Assembly (NCBI GenBank): GCA_964658305.1 | Contig: OZ210885.1 | Span: 3,410,001-3,474,000 of the forward strand | From: Leptogorgia sarmentosa | Lineage: Eukaryota | Direction: 5' to 3' | Length of the DNA: 64,000 nt | Shown: in pieces, positions 61,336-64,000 of the stretch | Layout: every line of letters starts with the position of its first letter | How positions within the stretch are numbered: the first letter of the stretch is position 1 | The notes under the pieces: generated by a model | Seen by the model: only the letters and a program-made list of their open reading frames with translations | The model's database searches: none | Told to the model about the DNA's origin: nothing | Program-made: the position numbers and the translations under genes

Positions 61336-61970
61336 CCCTACTGCACCATGGGGAATGGTGAAATGCACACTTTTTAAAATGACAGTATTTCTGAGAATTC
61401 CCGGAGTTCTCTCCCATTCGAATCAAGTATAACGTCCCTTTTTTCGTGTCATTTGACTGCGAAATATATATAATCTATTAATGTAATCATTTAATCTATA
61501 ACAACTATGAAGGAACTAACTGTAAAACAGTTGTTTACAAGCAAAAATTTTATCTTTTCCTTTTCCTAAAAAATTTTTTTTCAAAACAATGATTTCGCCA
61601 CCCAAGAATGGTGGATTTTAAGGCGACACCACAAGAAAAACTACCACAATTAAAAGTGGCACACTTATAGCTATGAACACAAAATGTTTTTAATAGTCAT
61701 TAGCTCTTGTAAATATATAAATGGCTATTGCTATTGAATTCAAGTGTTTACACTGCTTTATGAACTTAAACTTTATCGGCCTGCGTATATTGATGTGCAA
61801 TATTATATTATTTAGTGTACTTTTTAAATAAAAAAAAGCATTTTCGCCATTTTCAAAAGACATTTTGCAAAGTGATGTCAATAATAAATATATCTCCACA
61901 AGGAACAAAGTCGCACAAAAGTTTGTGGATGTAACGTAACATTTTACCCAGTCTTTAAGCGTCTTTTTAA

Positions 61971-62148
61971 GGCCTACTCTGGGGTCTAAACTGGCCTAAA
62001 CTAGCCCAAACTCGCCTAAACTCGCAGCATATTGAAATTATCTTTTACCCTTAACTCGCCTCAACTCGCACCAGCTACATAGCATGATTTTCCCTTAACT
62101 CGCTTTTCCTGCCTAAACTCGCGGCGAGTTTAGACCCCAGAGTAGGCC
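61971..62148. mobile_element. Harbinger-like MITE
   Basis: Perfect 22-bp TIR GGCCTACTCTGGGGTCTAAACT; internal aaactcgcct subrepeats; TSD imperfect. Confidence 0.75.
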
Positions 62149-63100
62149 TTTTTTACCCTGTATATTGTACAACAAAAAAACAGGCGATATTTTCCATGAA
62201 TAAAAAGGAATAAGCCGCCATATTGGTGTAATTTCATTAGTAAATATTGGTTTTTAAGCTTTTGATTGGTTGCTTGACTGTTCCGCATTGTTACATTCAA
62301 TCCAGGGTGAACTATAATATTGTTCAAGGTTGTTTAAAACAGGATTAAACAATGTTTTGGAGCCCACAATCTTCATACTGTCAACAATATGTTGTTCCGC
62401 ATTTTTACAGCAGATCGAGACAACTATATGCAGAGTGTGGGTAACAAAACAGGAAATAGCAAACCTACGAAGCGAAACCATATGTTATAATTCACCAAGC
62501 TATAAGAAATACATTCACTCATTCAATCAAGACGAGAATGAAAAAAAAAACAAGAATCAAATAGTCTCAGAATCGGGAATTTTACAACATTTCCACTAAT
62601 TTCAAGACGCCCTTTTCAACTGTATATAGACTGTATTCACGGACTGGCCAATAAATTATTAAACAAATTTTAGTTTTTAATCTCGCCTTTGAATGTATAT
62701 CTGATGTATATTCGGTAATCTAGACCAACTGAAGTACGTAATGATAAATTTATATTGTTCAGCCAAGGCATATTTTAACATATATACACTGGAGTGGGGG
62801 CTATATATTCCTTTCTACAAATGAAGCATTCATTTCTGTATAGTATTCAGAAATTCACTAAAATTGCCTCTCGAAACGCATGAAATAGCAATTTCAAGGA
62901 CTGCAGATTTCAAATTTTCTGAGGGAGATTTCCTCTAGACCCGCTGCTGCGTTCAGATATTTTTTGTTTTGCCCTTCCCCCACTCCTAAATATTCAAAAA
63001 AATGCATGCCTCAAATAATTATTCACCATGCATTACCAGAGAAAACATTAGATTTCTACAACATTATTGACGACAAGTTACAGCGTCGTTGGGAAAGATA

Positions 63101-63215
63101 GGCCCGTTTCATACGTCGAATTTTGGGCGCGCCGAATGCAATTCAAACAATGGATAAAGAGAAGACTTACTTCATTACCCTTTTTGAATTGCGTTCGATA
63201 CGACCAAAACTAGAT
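63101..63215. repeat. Truncated MITE-like inverted repeat
   Basis: ccgaatgcaattcaaa ... tttgaattgcgttcg. Confidence 0.5.
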
Positions 63216-63882
63216 GTGCCATACTCGGCAATATAGACAAAATATTTTTAATGGTTAGTGATTTAGAATATTACAAATATAATTAACTATTAATTGAATT
63301 TTTCAAGTGTTTACTATTTCTCAATTGCTTACTGCTAAGTAAACTTTGCCCTATAGTTAAATATATTTAATTGCATATTAAGCGTACCCTGCTATAAAAA
63401 CGACAGCTAGCTAGGCAGTAAACATCAGAATTTACTGTTCTTATACTCAAGAAGGAAGAAAAAAATGGAGAAAACTATTCTTTTGTTTGCGTTTGTGCTG
63501 ATCATCTCAGCAACACTGATCGTTGGCGAAGAAGATGTCTTGAAGAAGTGAGTGTAAAATTGTTGATTTTTGTTCCTCGGGGTAAGGTAGTGAAAACAGA
63601 ACTCACCAGATTTTTTAATTGCAATTTAAGAATTTGAAACAATATTGTAATGAGGCTAATTGAGTACTGTAATAATGATAGTAACTTCGGTGTTTCTCCA
63701 AACGACATCGCAAAGTTTTCAGTTGAATCTACAACTTTTGTAACTTTTTTCCGGGTTGGCTTGATCGTGCATCGATCAAATGTGAAAATATTTTTTTATG
63801 AATAGAAAGAGTATTTATTAACTTATTAACCACTATTCGATTTACTGGAAATTGTGTTTCACATACTGAAATTTAAGTCATT

Positions 63883-64000
63883 CAGGGGCGTAGCCAGCCC
63901 TACAAAAGTGAGGGGGTCCATTCATCCAGTAGATCATATAGAGCTATACTGCGCATACAAATATGTCCAAACGTATTTCATGTATTTTAGGCGGGGATGT
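63883..64000. mobile_element. Start of a hAT-type MITE (runs off window)
   Basis: CAGGGGCGTAGCCAG terminus only. Confidence 0.45.

Overview
AT-rich animal genomic DNA with spliceosomal introns; the repeat families suggest a marine invertebrate, possibly a cnidarian (inference). About 1-52.7 kb is a dense nest of transposon relics: CR1/L2-type LINEs, an Academ DNA transposon carrying a Penelope element and a DIRS-type tyrosine recombinase fragment (a 5.2-kb block of this is tandemly triplicated), Kolobok/THAP, Polinton polB, hAT, two piggyBacs, Ginger-like, MULE, Harbinger, an intact young Gypsy LTR element, a YR retrotransposon, a split Gypsy, MITEs and satellites. At 53.2-59.2 kb lies an intact 9-exon NADH-cytochrome b5 reductase gene on +. 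The most notable signals are: (i) essentially every TE coding relic in 1-39 kb is on the minus strand, a flamenco-like unistrand piRNA-cluster architecture; (ii) breakpoint duplications that reconstruct two overlapping inversions or a circle-mediated move; (iii) an in-frame GT-AG intron in a YR-retrotransposon gag; (iv) a SNF2-helicase exon amplified inside a MULE-derived tandem repeat; (v) hammerhead ribozyme motifs; (vi) a twin-priming-type LINE 5' inversion. Family calls come from motif recognition, not database searches.
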